A DNA stretch of 64,000 nt from Octopus vulgaris (taxonomy: Eukaryota). The stretch spans positions 40,734,001 to 40,798,000 of the forward strand of contig OX597820.1 of NCBI GenBank assembly GCA_951406725.2, written 5' to 3'. Shown one piece after another: positions 1 through 12,780 of this stretch. The notes under the pieces are model-generated. The model was not told the origin of the DNA and searched no databases. It worked only from the letters and a program-made list of their open reading frames with translations. The number at the start of each line of letters is the position of its first letter. Positions within the stretch are counted from its first letter, which is position 1. A program made the position numbers and the translations under genes.

Positions 1-714
1 ATTTCTTTAATCATTCCTACATATCAATTGGAGGTCTTTCATAGGCTATGCTTGAACTGTTCGACTGCTGCTTGGTAGATAACAGCTTTTGTTTATATGA
101 ATCATTAGATAATTTACGTGTTTTTCAATCAATGCAATCGCCGATGTTTTACAGAAACAACTTTCTTCAGAAAAGCTTGTGTATCTCTGATATGCTATTT
201 TGCGAGACCTGATGTGAAAATGTAATTCATATTAGGCACCTGTTCAACAAATCATATTTATTTATGTATTCCATTTTATCGCATATTCTTTACATTTTCG
301 TTTTCTGAACATTCATATTAACGGCTTCATGTGTCACGGAGGCGTGAAACTTACGGAGGCGTTACGAAATTTGAACTTATAGCTTCATAGATATATTTTT
401 GTCAATTCAGTTTCAATATCGAGTACTTCCGTATTTTCTGCTTTTCTGTAAGTTCTCGCACGCACGCGTGCACACACACACACACACGTACGTGCACACA
501 CACACGTACGTGCACACACACACACACATGCATGCATACAGATACTTGCATGCTTGTGTGTATGTGTGTGTGTGTGTGTGTGTGTGCATTGTTTCCCATG
601 TTTTGCGTACTTTTAGAAATATGATTGAGATTTTTAGTATGCTGATATATATTCACTGGATTGCCATTAACGCTAGTGTCAGTATTGGTACTAGTATTGA
701 AGGTGAGGTTTGCA

Positions 715-737
715 GTAGCAGCAACAGCAACAGTAGC

Positions 738-801
<64 letters not shown>
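715..801. repeat. (AGC)/(AGT)n trinucleotide microsatellite
   Basis: Direct read of tandem AGT units; similar tracts at ~49029-49174, 50994-51036 and 58141-58254. Confidence 0.95.
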
Positions 802-802
<1 letters not shown>

Positions 803-2009
803 ACTGACACAGTATATACTATCATTCTTGTTTTGCTAATTGTAGTGGTCTGTGAGGATGATGGAATCATTAAGACATGGTTTAATGATGGTCCTGTCAA
901 CACTTGTATTTTTAGTATTGGTGGCTGTAATAATCGTGATGTTGTTGTCGTTGTGGTCATTACTGATGGTAGCAGTAATTGCTGCATCTCAGGTAGAGCT
1001 ACTGATAAGTTTGCCAATATTTGTGTTATATCTGTTCTCAAGTGGCTGCTGTATGCTCAAAGCTTCTTCTCTGCATATGTTTTCCATAATGGCAGGTTAT
1101 TTCTAAACGGCCTTTGCTGCCTACAGAAGGAATGTGTTTTACAGTGCATGCTATTTGTTTTGATAGAATATTGGTCAGTATTGCAAACGCTTGATTCCGC
1201 TTCGTATCAGCTGTTACATTTTATTACAGCTGTATTTACATATATAACATTAATCGGAGCTTGATAAAACCGTTTATGAGATATAAAATGGGAAAAAGTC
1301 TTTAGTTGTAGTGCGAGGATGTTGTGTGTGGTAGTTGTATCGTGGTGCTGGCTGATTGGCGCTACAAGTAAGAAAAGTGAATGTAGTTCAGGATATTAAT
1401 TTTAAACATAGAAACGAAAAGAGACATTATGGAGGCTTGGACATTTTACGCTTAATATAACTTAGCCAGAGGAAAGTAAGCACCTCTCTTCTTTTCACCT
1501 AGAAAAGTGGGAATATGGTTGTAACTTATCTTGAAGTCGACAACTTGTCTCCAATGCTTGCAAAATAGTAGATTCCGCTAAAGTCACATCAAATATGGGT
1601 GCTGGTGCTAAAGAATGGTATGTATTAAGTCTACTATTAAATCGATCAAAGTACATCTCTGCTACGTATTTTTATTGGCTTTGATGTGATAGATTGCAAA
1701 GTTGACATTGAAACTCGGGGCACAGATCAAGTTCTATTTTCGATTGCTAATTGAATAACCATCACTCAACTTATGCATCAAATATGCAGGAGAAAGAATA
1801 AATGAGCTGAAATTTCACCCTCTCGGCTTTTACAAATGTAACACAAATATGTTTGTTAGCATTTAGGTAAGTCTAAGTTAACAACCACTATGTAAACTTC
1901 AGAAAAATCACAAAGTCACAACATTCCATTGTTAACCTCTACAAATTTCAGTCCATGTGTCTAACCAAAAGAATTCCTTGATATTCCGATTGCACAAATG
2001 TTACTGACA

Positions 2010-2090
2010 GGCGAGATGGCAGAAACGTTAGCACGCCGGGCGAAGTGCTTAGCGACATTTCGTCTGTCTTTACGTTCTGAATTCAAATTT
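2010..2090 (+). mobile_element. SINE family A, tRNA-like head only, truncated at the Penelope-like element
   Basis: GGCGAGATGGCAGAAACGTTAGCACGCCGGGCGAAGTGCTTAG...TTCTGAATTCAAATT matches the heads of full copies at 20203-20434, 34849-35080 and 39561-39792. Confidence 0.85.
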
Positions 2091-2094
2091 TTTA

Positions 2095-4560
2095 ACCACG
2101 CATGACTTAATAGGGAACAAGCTAACAGACAAACATAAAAATAGACATCCTCTCAAAAGGGCTAAAATTCACGCCAACTCAACGCAGAGTCAACCAAAAT
2201 GAAGTCAAGGGCAGTATAATACAATTCTGTAGAAAATTAAGACTCATAGAAGCATTAACCAGTTACAATACTGAAGATGACTCACTAGTCAAAAACAAAA
2301 GTGAACACATCCCCCACAAAGGATGAAATAAAAAATCTTGACGAATTCTGCAACCACATTGAGAACTTTCCCTACCACACTATACATAAACAGACAGATA
2401 ACTCAAATTTTAGCACTGCACAATGGAAGGAACTAATAGAACTTTAAAATGATGAAGATATAACGATTAAGGAAGCAGATAAAGGAAGTACAGTTGTAAT
2501 AATGGACACATTATACTATAGAAATCTAGTAATCTCCATGGTTGATGACAGTCAACATTATGAAAAAATCACGAACTACACCACGCAAAAATTAATGAAA
2601 ACTTTGTCCTCACTAATTAAAACCCATGGAAAGGAACTGACAGCCAAAGAGATTGACTTTCTAAAAAAACTTTAAATGCAAACCTAGCCTCTTCTATGGT
2701 CTACCAAAAATAGAAAAATGCCAGAATATAAATGAAGCCATTAAAAAATCACCAAAGATGTACATACATACACCAAACCCGGGGGAACTAAAACTACGAC
2801 CCATTGTAACTGGCCCAGCCTGTGAAACACAGACTAAGTCTATTTATGGACATCCTCCTGAAACCCTTCCTTAAACACATCAATAGCCATATCAGAGATG
2901 ACTTGGATATGTTAAATCACCTTCCAAAAAAAGTCAAGGAAGAAACAATCATGGTTTCATTTGATGTAGTTAATTTATATACCAGTATACCTCATAATTA
3001 TGGACTAGAGGCAATTCAGTTCTGGCTGGACCAATTTCCGGAAGAAATACCAAAAAGGATCAGTAAAGAATTCATTACTAAATCGGTTGAATTCATCCTA
3101 CAAAATAACCACTTTATGTTTAACAATACATTTTACCTTCAAAAATACGGAATTGCTATGGGTACTAAGGCAACACCAGTCATTGCGAACCTAACAATGG
3201 GCTGCCTGGAGGTAATAATAAACCAGGAATCTTTATCTACCTTTGGAAACCCCCTTTCCCAATACATAAAAGAGAATTGGAAAAGATTCCTAGACAACTG
3301 TTTTATACTCTGGAATGAAAACACAGATAAACTCCTAAAATTCAAAAGCCTATTGAAGAGCATCAACCCAAACATACAGTTCACAATGGACTACTACCAA
3401 AAGGAACTTCCATTCTTAGATATACTAATTAAAAAATAAACCTAAAAATAGAAACGGACATATTTTACAAAACCACAGACGCCAAACAATATCTACTTTT
3501 CGATGCATGCCAACCAAGATAACACTAAAACAAACATCCCCTTCAACCTTGCAAGAAGGATATGCACAATAGTGTCAGAACAAAATGCCAGAAACTTTAG
3601 ACTACAAGAACTCAAAAATACCCTAATTGACAGACACTACCCAGTTCAACTCATATAGGATGGAATCAGACGTGCAACAGAAATCGACACAGAAACCTTA
3701 AGAAAAGTTCAACATAGCAACACACCTTCCCCGAAATCATTAAACGCTACAAACAACCTAACTCACTAAAAAAGATCCTCACAAAGGCAAAATTGTTTTC
3801 TGAAATTACGGATGCAAAAGTTAAAAAATGTGGTAGACCAAACTGCACAACATGCCCAAACCTTCTAGAAGGATCAGAATTCCTCTTCAAAGAGGGACAA
3901 AAATTCAAGATCAAATCTAATTTTACTTGTGCTTCAGAAAACCTAATGGTATAAGATACTCGGGCTGCCACCAAAACTACGTAGGGTCCACGGGATTATC
4001 GCTCAGATGCAGACGCACTCTGCATCGACAACAGATTGCATTCCAAGAATACAGAAGGATACCCTTTAGTGAACATATTGAAAAATGCGCAAAGCAACTA
4101 CTACCACAATTTATAATCTTTCCATTCTATCAATGTGCAATTGGAACGCCAACACAAGTTAGATTAAACAAGGAAACATTCTTCATTGAAAAATATAAGC
4201 CAAAATTTAACCATTTTTAACATTTTTAAACAAAGAAACTCATCTCATTGAAAAAAATATAAAGCAAAACCTAACCACATTCTATTCCTTCTAAATTAAA
4301 TACTGTTTATTTAGTCATACCCAACATGTTTGATTATCTCCCTTATACCGGAAGAAATCCCTGATTACCTTCCCCTGCCTGGAACCCCATATTTCACAAC
4401 ATAGCGAAGACAGGACACGATGTAGGTAAAGAAATTTTAGAAATTTGAAAAGAAAATACGAAACTGTGTTTCTAGACATAAAATTTTATAACATTTTTCT
4501 AACATAACGACTTAACTATATTCTTTAACCTTATAACAAAAGCCTTCTGTAGTTTTTTCA
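2095..4560 (+). mobile_element. Penelope-like retroelement (Neptune-type), RT plus GIY-YIG endonuclease, frameshifted pseudogene
   Basis: KEADKGSTVVIMD (~2469), FYGLPKIEK, LRPIV, SFDVVNLYTSI, QKYGIAMGTKATP, RFLDNCF (catalytic DD is DN), LPFLDILI, Cys linker CGRPNCTTC, then GCHQNYVGSTG..LRCRRTLH..KETFFIEKYKPKFN (ends 4220); several frameshifts and stops. Confidence 0.93.
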
Positions 4561-4563
4561 CTC

Positions 4564-4583
4564 TTATATATACATATATACAC

Positions 4584-4666
<83 letters not shown>

Positions 4667-4675
4667 TATATGTAC

Positions 4676-4728
<53 letters not shown>

Positions 4729-4740
4729 TATATATATAAA
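4564..4740. repeat. (TA)n/(TACA) microsatellite
   Basis: Direct read. Confidence 0.95.
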
Positions 4741-5299
4741 CCGTTGAGTGTAAAAATTTTGATGCGATAAAGAAATTTCCAGTATCTTATAGAAATATGA
4801 ACTTGTCAACAAGGAAATATCTACATTCAACAAAAACCTGCGAACTGATAATGGAAGTGCAACACACATCACCCAATTTTTTCCACCTTAACTGAGGGGT
4901 GCTTTGCAGCAGTTAAACAGATAAATAGATATAAGCGATAAAATGAGTCCTTTTAATATACACATTATAGACATGAATAACAAAAAGGCGCGATAGTATA
5001 TCAGTATTGTGGTGTCTTAGATGAATGCTGAAGATGTTGGATATAGAGAGCATGTGATAAAAGTAGCGGAATGTTTTGATGAGTAGAGATCAGTGAAAAG
5101 TGCCATAATACAATATGTAGATGACAGAAAAAACAAAGGTGTGAACACCTCGTGACAATGGGTTAATCGTAGTGAAGGAGGATCTGTAGAACACAGGGTG
5201 TGAGAGGAAATATACTGATTTTCATAAGAACAACATAATAAATTGAATGGAGAACAGTAGGAGGAAAATATTCATGAGCGCACCGTAGCCTGTGGGAAG

Positions 5300-5440
<141 letters not shown>

Positions 5441-6099
5441 TAATGATGGTGATAATGATGGGATGGTGATTATTGAAAATGTAGTTTTACCTGGTAATGT
5501 TTTTAAATCTCACTTTAATAGCTTATCACTTTCAATAGGATCATATTTACACCGAAATATACCAATACCATAAACATTCCGTACGGTCTCCAAAAATACG
5601 CTTATAACATATTCAGGACAAAATATATATTATCTCGCTAATTATCTGAACATATTTGTTTCCACCAAAATATACCTGAGATCTTATAGAACTTTGCATT
5701 AGAGAATAAATTTCATTTTTTCTTTTTTCCAGACTTATAATTCCATTCACTCTAAGCATAGCTTATAGTGATATAAATCAACAATAGTACTTGACTTCTA
5801 GTTCAGGTTTTCTTCCCCCGAAAAAAAGGTAAAGCAAAGATAACCTTAAAGAGATTTCTCCTCAGAACATATATATTCAGAACAAAATACTTATATTTTT
5901 TCTCCGATGCTCAACTGATTCAGCTCGTTTGCCTTTACTGATTGAAACAAATTGATTAAAAGCATCATATCCAATGTACCTCAAACCCTGAAACAGCATA
6001 AGTTGTTTACATCTTCTAGAAATAGGAAAGGTATCATTATGTTTTGGGTAAATATTTGCAAATTCTGCTACATATTTGTTGGTTTCAGTATTTATTCCT

Positions 6100-6355
6100 T
6101 TAATAATAGCATTTAACCAGGACATTTCCAACCCAAATATTCAACCAGTCAATATTCATTTCCAGCTCAAATATTCATATTTTATGTTCAAAGAGGCCTA
6201 ATACAAGCTCTCACATCTATCTTACAATATCAGTCAAAACATAAATAATCATTTCATCGAAACCACAAAGCTACGAGACAATGCATAATTAATTCAAAAC
6301 AATATGAATAATAAAAACCTTACATTTGACAGAATAATCTCTAAGCAAAAGAGAT
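6100..6355 (+). mobile_element. Degenerate copy of the piggyBac-like MITE at 40429-40648
   Basis: Shares CAAATATTC, ATTCAAAACAAT and TTACATTTGAAC-like blocks (here TTACATTTGACAGAATAATCT) in the same order; termini eroded. Confidence 0.55.
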
Positions 6356-7433
6356 GATATATATTTACCTTTTACGTGTTTAAGTTGCAACCACACTGGG
6401 GTACCATTCAGTTCTCTACATTCATTAGAGTATCATTTATCATTATCTTTAAGCTATTATTTATTTATTGTATTTTCAAATGCAACTGGTCAACGATAAC
6501 GCCGTTCAGTACGGGTTTCCCAAAGGGACCGATCACAAATTTCTTATATTTCTTACAACGAGAAACACAACGTCGAGTTTGTTGCTAGATTCTCAACATA
6601 TGTATCAAATTTCTTCAAAATGCACAGTGTTTTCGGTTTCCTTCCGGTACCTATATCCTTTCTGTGTTTATCTTTCAGTGATCTACGTCGACGAAAGACA
6701 CGCGCGCGCACACACACACATACATACATACATACATATATACATACATACATACATACATACATACATACATACATACATACATACACAAACACACATC
6801 TGTGATAACTGTCATATGTTTTAGGGCATGTTCATGTGAAGAAGCGTAGCTTTGTGGCTTAGTATGTTCGATTCAACATCATAAGATTGTAAGTTCAATC
6901 CTTGAACGTGCGACAAACCACAATCTACAGACCTGCAATGAGTGGCAGATGAATGCTGCCTTCTCCAATTCAATTTGTCACACACTGAAAGTCCCAATGA
7001 GCCAAAATTAAGGACTTTACTTAAGCACGTAAAACAAATAGCGAAAGCATCTTCAATTTTCCGAGACAAACACGTTTGCGACTAACGGCTGGCTGTTCAT
7101 ATCTTACGTCAAATGATAGATATAGTTTTCTAAATATCTTCGTCTGAGTCACAGTTTAGATATCCTCTATTTAATGTTTTAGTGAGAAACTTACTTCTAT
7201 AATATCTTATATCGTTTACAATTGTTATGTTTCTTGGTACTTAATGATGTATATAAATAATTTAATTAATTTTATAGAATCTATTCATATGTATGTTTTT
7301 GAGAATTAGTTTTGTACTTTTATAAGTTTATGTCATGTTTACAAGCAATATGGTGATGGCTAAATCAATCATTGTATATCTGTCCATTCTGTCCACGATA
7401 AAAGACATGTATTGACACACGCATATATATATC

Positions 7434-7625
7434 ATGTTTGGCCGCTAAATCCACAAGTCTTTTTTTAATTCTCTCTCTGTTTATTTTCTCTTATTCCTTT
7501 CTGTTGAAGAACGTAGGCTCGAAACGTAAAAGACTTTTTCACTTTCCCAAGCGTCAAACTAATACACCTGCTTGTTATCCATACACCTGTCTACGTCTTT
7601 TGTCTTTTTATAAATTTCAACTATA
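7434..7625 (+). mobile_element. ~190-bp (TA)n-embedded element with hammerhead-like motif, copy 1
   Basis: Colinear with 46171-46358 and 63109-63305; core CTGTTGA-A-GAAC-GTAG-GCTC-GAAA-CG-TA at 7501-7528. Confidence 0.8.
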
Positions 7626-7653
7626 GATATACATATATACAGATAAATAAGTT

Positions 7654-7687
<34 letters not shown>

Positions 7688-7984
7688 ATACACATATATA
7701 TATATATATATATATATATGTTTGTGTGTGTGTGTGCGTGTGTGTGTGAGTGTGTACAAAGTATGGGAGTTTAGTTGTTCACATGTGATCTAAACAATTA
7801 GGTACGCTGGTTAAGTGCTGTAACGAATTACTGGGGTTCCAAGGTTACAACCGAGACGGCAGTTATGGAGCTATAGCAGATTTCCGATGCAGCAGATATA
7901 TTATTGTTAAACAGGACGTCAAACATTAAGGCAAGGCAAACATCACCAAGTCATATACAATATTATTATAGGGAGAAATTCAAA

Positions 7985-8040
7985 ATCTTACAGCTGTTTC
8001 TGGAATATCCCCTAGTATGGGATATTCCGTCATCAGAGAC
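7985..8040 (-). ncRNA. Type-I hammerhead ribozyme, canonical core
   Basis: Minus strand reads GTCT-CTGATGA-C-GGAATATCCC-ATACTAG-GGGATATTCC-A-GAAA-CAGCTG-TA-AGAT: CUGAUGA and GAAA boxes, 10-bp stem II, palindromic stem III, GUA triplet, 4-bp stem I. Confidence 0.85.
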
Positions 8041-9639
8041 AAATATGATATGGAATATGAGAATGGTATATATTAATAAGATGACAACATAGAGGAAGGG
8101 AAATGGAAAAATAGAAGAAAAAGGAAGTATAAAATTTCATAGTTTCAACTTTCCGAAGTTATAAAAACCAGAGCATGAGTCCTTAGCTGCAATCCTGCGT
8201 AGATACATATATATCTATATTTCTGTGTAGTCTACTTTTTAAAAATTATTCCATTTCACTATTATATAAGGTCTGATGATGCTTATACAAAAATACAGAA
8301 GAAATACGAAATATATTTGTTGTATAATTAGACAGAAAATTTCCTTTATATTAATCTCCTATTGTCCTTCCCGTTGTTTGTCGATGTTGCTGTTGATGAT
8401 GATGATGATGATGAGGAGGAGGAGGAGGAGGAGGAGAAAGAGGATGAGGAAGAAGATGAGGATGATACCGAAGTTATAAACAAATTTCCATATAATAGTC
8501 ACATAAATGCCCATAGAATTTTATGTGTCGTTTCAAGAGAACTATTTGGATTAAATCAAGTAATTTAAAATTTTTTTCTCTTCTTTTTCTCCCTTTCAAC
8601 TTCTTTGCAATCGCCAGAGTCTTCCGTTAAGCCGAAGCACATCGATTTGATACTTAATTTCATATTTTACTTCATTTATCTTTCATTTTTAATTAGTGAT
8701 TTAGCTTAATCCCTCGTGTGATCCGTTTGGTTAATCTTTTAGGGAAATATTTTTTCTCGGTACATTGTTCGTATTTTATGATTCATCAAAATCGAAATGA
8801 TTTTCAGTGAAAGATTTAACCGTAAAGTTAATTATTTGTAAATAAAGGAACACATGTATAATTGAAATATTTTTAATTATTATTTGTTTTTTAATTACAA
8901 ACGTCATAAAATGTTTTATAATTTTGCATTGCACTATATGCATATTATGCGTGGGGGTTGGTGTGGTGTGTGTATGTGTTTGTGTGTGTGCGTACGCGCA
9001 CATGTTTGTGTGTATAGTGGTGTAAATACAACAAATACATTAAACATTAAAAAGGAGATATTTATTTTCATCTTTTTTTTTATTTAATAAAATGCTTCCT
9101 AGAAAAAAGAAGTTATTTCTAAGAAAATCAAATATATATAAATAAAAAGTAATAGTTCCATTGCTGGAACTTTAATAGCCAAAAAAAGAAATTTATATCG
9201 AACTTTAGAAAATTCTTGAGAAAATTTTAGTTTCAACCGCAGAATGTATTTATAGACTATATTTAGCAGGTCTCTTTCTTTGTCTGAAAACCGTAGCTTC
9301 TACAAACTGTCTCTTAGACCTTCCTGATATAACTAAGTACACCAAAGCAGCAATCTAGCAGAATCGTTACCGCTCCGGACAAATAGCTAAGCACTGGGGT
9401 CGTTTTAATCGATTCATCCTTTCGTTCTTCCTTCAAAATTGCCTGCCTTGTGCAAAAATTTGTAATTAATATAACTAATCCATCAATAACTATTGGTATA
9501 AATTTGGATTTGTAATTAGGCTAAAGGACCTGTGGATTCCGAAGCAGTTGTTTATAAATATGCTTCTTCTCCAAGATTTTGAAAAGATGTCTTCATCTGC
9601 AGGGCAGCTAACTTTTGTGACTACAAAATGTTTCCTTTA

Positions 9640-11005
9640 AGTCTTACATAACTATATGAAGCTTTGCACTTTGTAGAACTTTTGAAGGGATGGTTCACTG
9701 ATATTTTTTATGTCGATATCATATATTCAGTAACAGTTGCTTAGGGTAGTCTTTTCTCTTGATGACATTATATATTGTTTTAAAATCATCTCCAGAAAGT
9801 AGTATCATAATTTATAGAGACATTTTCTGACCTCAGAAGTCATACATTCTGTCAGACTCTTTCGATACCTGGAATTGGGTGTCACTTTCCAGGTTAGACT
9901 TAAGAACAAGCTAAATTTTGCGAGTTAGTTAACCATGTTACCTATCTTCGGAAAGGAGTCAGAAACTAATTGTGTATGTTAGTTGCTCGCCTGAGAGTAA
10001 TATACACATCCGCTTCTTGTATCGGTGATCAGGATCCCTTACTGCTACTATCAGTGACCATTATTGGGACTATCTACAGCCATCATTGGGGTATGATCAC
10101 ATCACTTATATTTCACCGAAAATTCCTTTGCAATGAAATCTTAATCCACTTTTCTAAAGCATCTTCTTTTGACGGCAATTGGCTTACAGTTTGGAGGCAA
10201 GTTTGGAAAGAAGTGTGGTTCTTGAATTTCTCCTACACCCAGTTAATTCAGACAGAGGCTCTCTGTATTCAAGTTTCACTCTCAGATACTGGTGTAGGGA
10301 ATCATGTCCAAGTATCACGTCAGAACCCAGCTACCTCAAAATGTTAAACAGTCGACAAGGTATAATTTGTAATCAAGGCTAAGAGTCACATATGCAAGAA
10401 TATATTCCTTGGTTTCGGTATTAGAGGTTCTTCGACCCATATTAAAGTCTTTACTGGATGGGTAACCTTCAGTTTTAGTTCTTCCTGCACAGCATTCTAG
10501 CTAAGAAATCTTAGAGGGCACTTAATCTTTTCCTATTCAAAATCAGAAATGTCGTAGCCTATTACCAGTTCTTGCCGTATATTAGTAAATGTTGTCTGTA
10601 AGATCGACCTTTCTGTTCCTTAAAAGTGTCTGAAAGTTTAACCAATTTCTTTCTCAAACCTGCGATTCCTGTAGTAGTTAAAAATTTATTACGACAACCG
10701 TATGGGCGTCTGGGTTGCGTATATATTGTCCTCGCCTTGAATTTGGTTACAAGCAATCTCAAAGTCCATCGTTTTGTTTCTTAAGAGGCAGCGGTGTATT
10801 GCAGTCGAGGTTATGCCAGCACTGAACGCGACAAGCTTCGCATCGTTACCACACTGCTCCGCACGACCGATCCCGGAAATTGCAACTTTTCTGTAGCTTC
10901 TCCAAATCTCTGCAAACATTCATCTAATGATTTGTCTGGCTTCTGTCGCCTCGTAGCTAGTAAGCATCCAGCAAAAATTTCGTTGGGAATCTTCATGAGT
11001 TAGTT
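9640..11005 (-). mobile_element. Decayed Ty3/Gypsy LTR retrotransposon internal region (gag, traces of pol)
   Basis: KIPNEIFAGCLLATRRQKPDKSLDECLQ resembles a retrotransposon gag motif; continues AEQC..AFSAGITSTAIHRCLL; downstream RT traces heavily disrupted; no LTR recognised. Confidence 0.65.
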
Positions 11006-11169
11006 GTGCAATTAGTCTGCGTTTCTGTCACTGTCTCTCTTGTTAATACGCGCGCGCACGCACACACATTCGCACACACGCACACACACACACACTCTCT
11101 CTCTCTAAATTTATATATATGTCTTGTGTGTTTCTACGTATATGTGTCTGTATGTGTATATACAAACAT

Positions 11170-11352
11170 GTATATCTATATCTATCTATCTATATCTGTC
11201 TATCTATAACTATCTATCTATATCTATCTATCTATATACAGAGAGAGAGGAGGGAGAGAGAGGGAGAGACAGACAGACAGACAAACAAACTGACAGACAG
11301 ACGGACGGACCGACAGATAGACGGACAGTCAGGCAGACATAGATAGATAGAC

Positions 11353-11396
<44 letters not shown>

Positions 11397-11431
11397 GATA
11401 GATAGACAGACAGATAGACAGACAGACAGAC

Positions 11432-11472
<41 letters not shown>

Positions 11473-11473
11473 T

Positions 11474-11508
<35 letters not shown>

Positions 11509-11513
11509 CACAG

Positions 11514-11590
<77 letters not shown>

Positions 11591-11592
11591 TA
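11170..11592. repeat. (TATC)n/(GACA)n/(GATA)n compound microsatellite
   Basis: Direct read; other GATA/TATC tracts at 26762-26850, 45238-45343, 51264-51371 and 54753-54836. Confidence 0.95.
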
Positions 11593-11676
11593 CATTTGTA
11601 TTACAAAATAAGCAACAAAAATTTCTGTAAGACTACAATTTGATGCCTCACCTCAACATTTTTCCGTGATGCGTTT

Positions 11677-12097
11677 TACTCTTTTACTCTTTTATTTGTT
11701 TCAGTCATTTGACTCTGGCCATGCTGGAGCACATCCTTTAGTCGAGCAAATCGACCCCAGGACTTATTCTTTGTAAGCCTAGTACTTATTCTATCGGTCT
11801 CTTTTGCCGAACCGCTAAGTAACGGGGACGTAAATACACCAGCATCGGTTGTCAAGCGACCTTGTTGGGGGGGGGGGGGGGGGCAAATACAGACACAAAC
11901 ATACACACGCACATACATACATATATACATATATACGACGGTCTTCTTTCAGTTTCCGTCTACCAAATCCACTCACACGGGTTTGGACGGCCTGAGGTTA
12001 TAGTAGAAGACGCTTGCCCAAAGTGCCACGCAGTGGGAATGAACTCGGAACCATGTGGTTGGTAAGCAAGCTACTTACCGCACAGCCACTCCTACGT
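11677..12097 (-). mobile_element. SINE family B (tRNA head, CORE-like block, internal microsatellite), near full length
   Basis: Reverse complement of copies at 17501, 18697, 44115 and 62438; A/B-box-like head, GGCACTTTGGGCAAG core-like block, (AGTAAAAG) tail. Confidence 0.92.
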
Positions 12098-12159
12098 TTC
12101 GGAAAAAAATTATCATTTTTATTGAAATTCTGATGTAAAGTATTTTGGAGTTCATATCT

Positions 12160-12780
12160 TTTATCTTCTGTTGTTTCCTTGCTTCTATCATTAGACTGCG
12201 ACCATGCTTGAGCACCGCTCTGAACAATTTGTTTTCGTCGAAGTACCACGGAGCTTATTTTTTGTTAAGCCTGTTACTTATTCTATCCGTCTCTTTTGCC
12301 GTACCACTAAATTACGGGACTGTAAATATACTAACATCCGTTGTCAAGCGTTGGTGGGGGGACAAACACAGACACAAAGACACACACACACACACACTCG
12401 CACACGCACACACATGTCTAATTGCGATCAGAGCCAAAGTTTTCTGTCGAATATGAACAATATAAATGTTGTGTGCTTTGAGGAAAGGAGATTTGTTGGC
12501 GAAGCTTTGTAAAAGACATGCCTTGTGCAGGGCTTTTTTTTGTTGTATAAAAAGCGTGATGAAATTAGAGAGCTTCATTAGCGTAGATTATGAATATTTT
12601 GTCTCCAGCACGGATCAATTTTAATTTCTCAGTAGGGGGGAAGCGCTAACTTCCCTAAAATAATCGCACTATTTATCTATAGCAGAAGACACATTTTCAA
12701 GGTACCACGCAGCGAGACTGAACCCGAAACCATGTGGTTGGGAAGGAGTAAGATTCTTACCACATAACCACGCCTGCGCC
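12160..12780 (-). mobile_element. SINE family B, older copy whose middle is replaced by a 267-bp foreign segment (12412-12678)
   Basis: 3' part at 12160-12411 and head at 12679-12780 are both recognisable. Confidence 0.8.

Noticed and set aside
399-1264. ORFs of 84-146 aa, and the many similar YI/CV/HT/LSIY-rich ORFs across the window
   Set aside because: Translations of microsatellites and low-complexity DNA; no domain motifs
4888-4916. TTAACTGAGGGGTGCTTTGCAGCAGTTAA downstream of the Penelope-like element, resembling a hammerhead 5' half
   Set aside because: CTGAGGG lacks A9 and there is no GAAA or NUH; at best a deleted remnant
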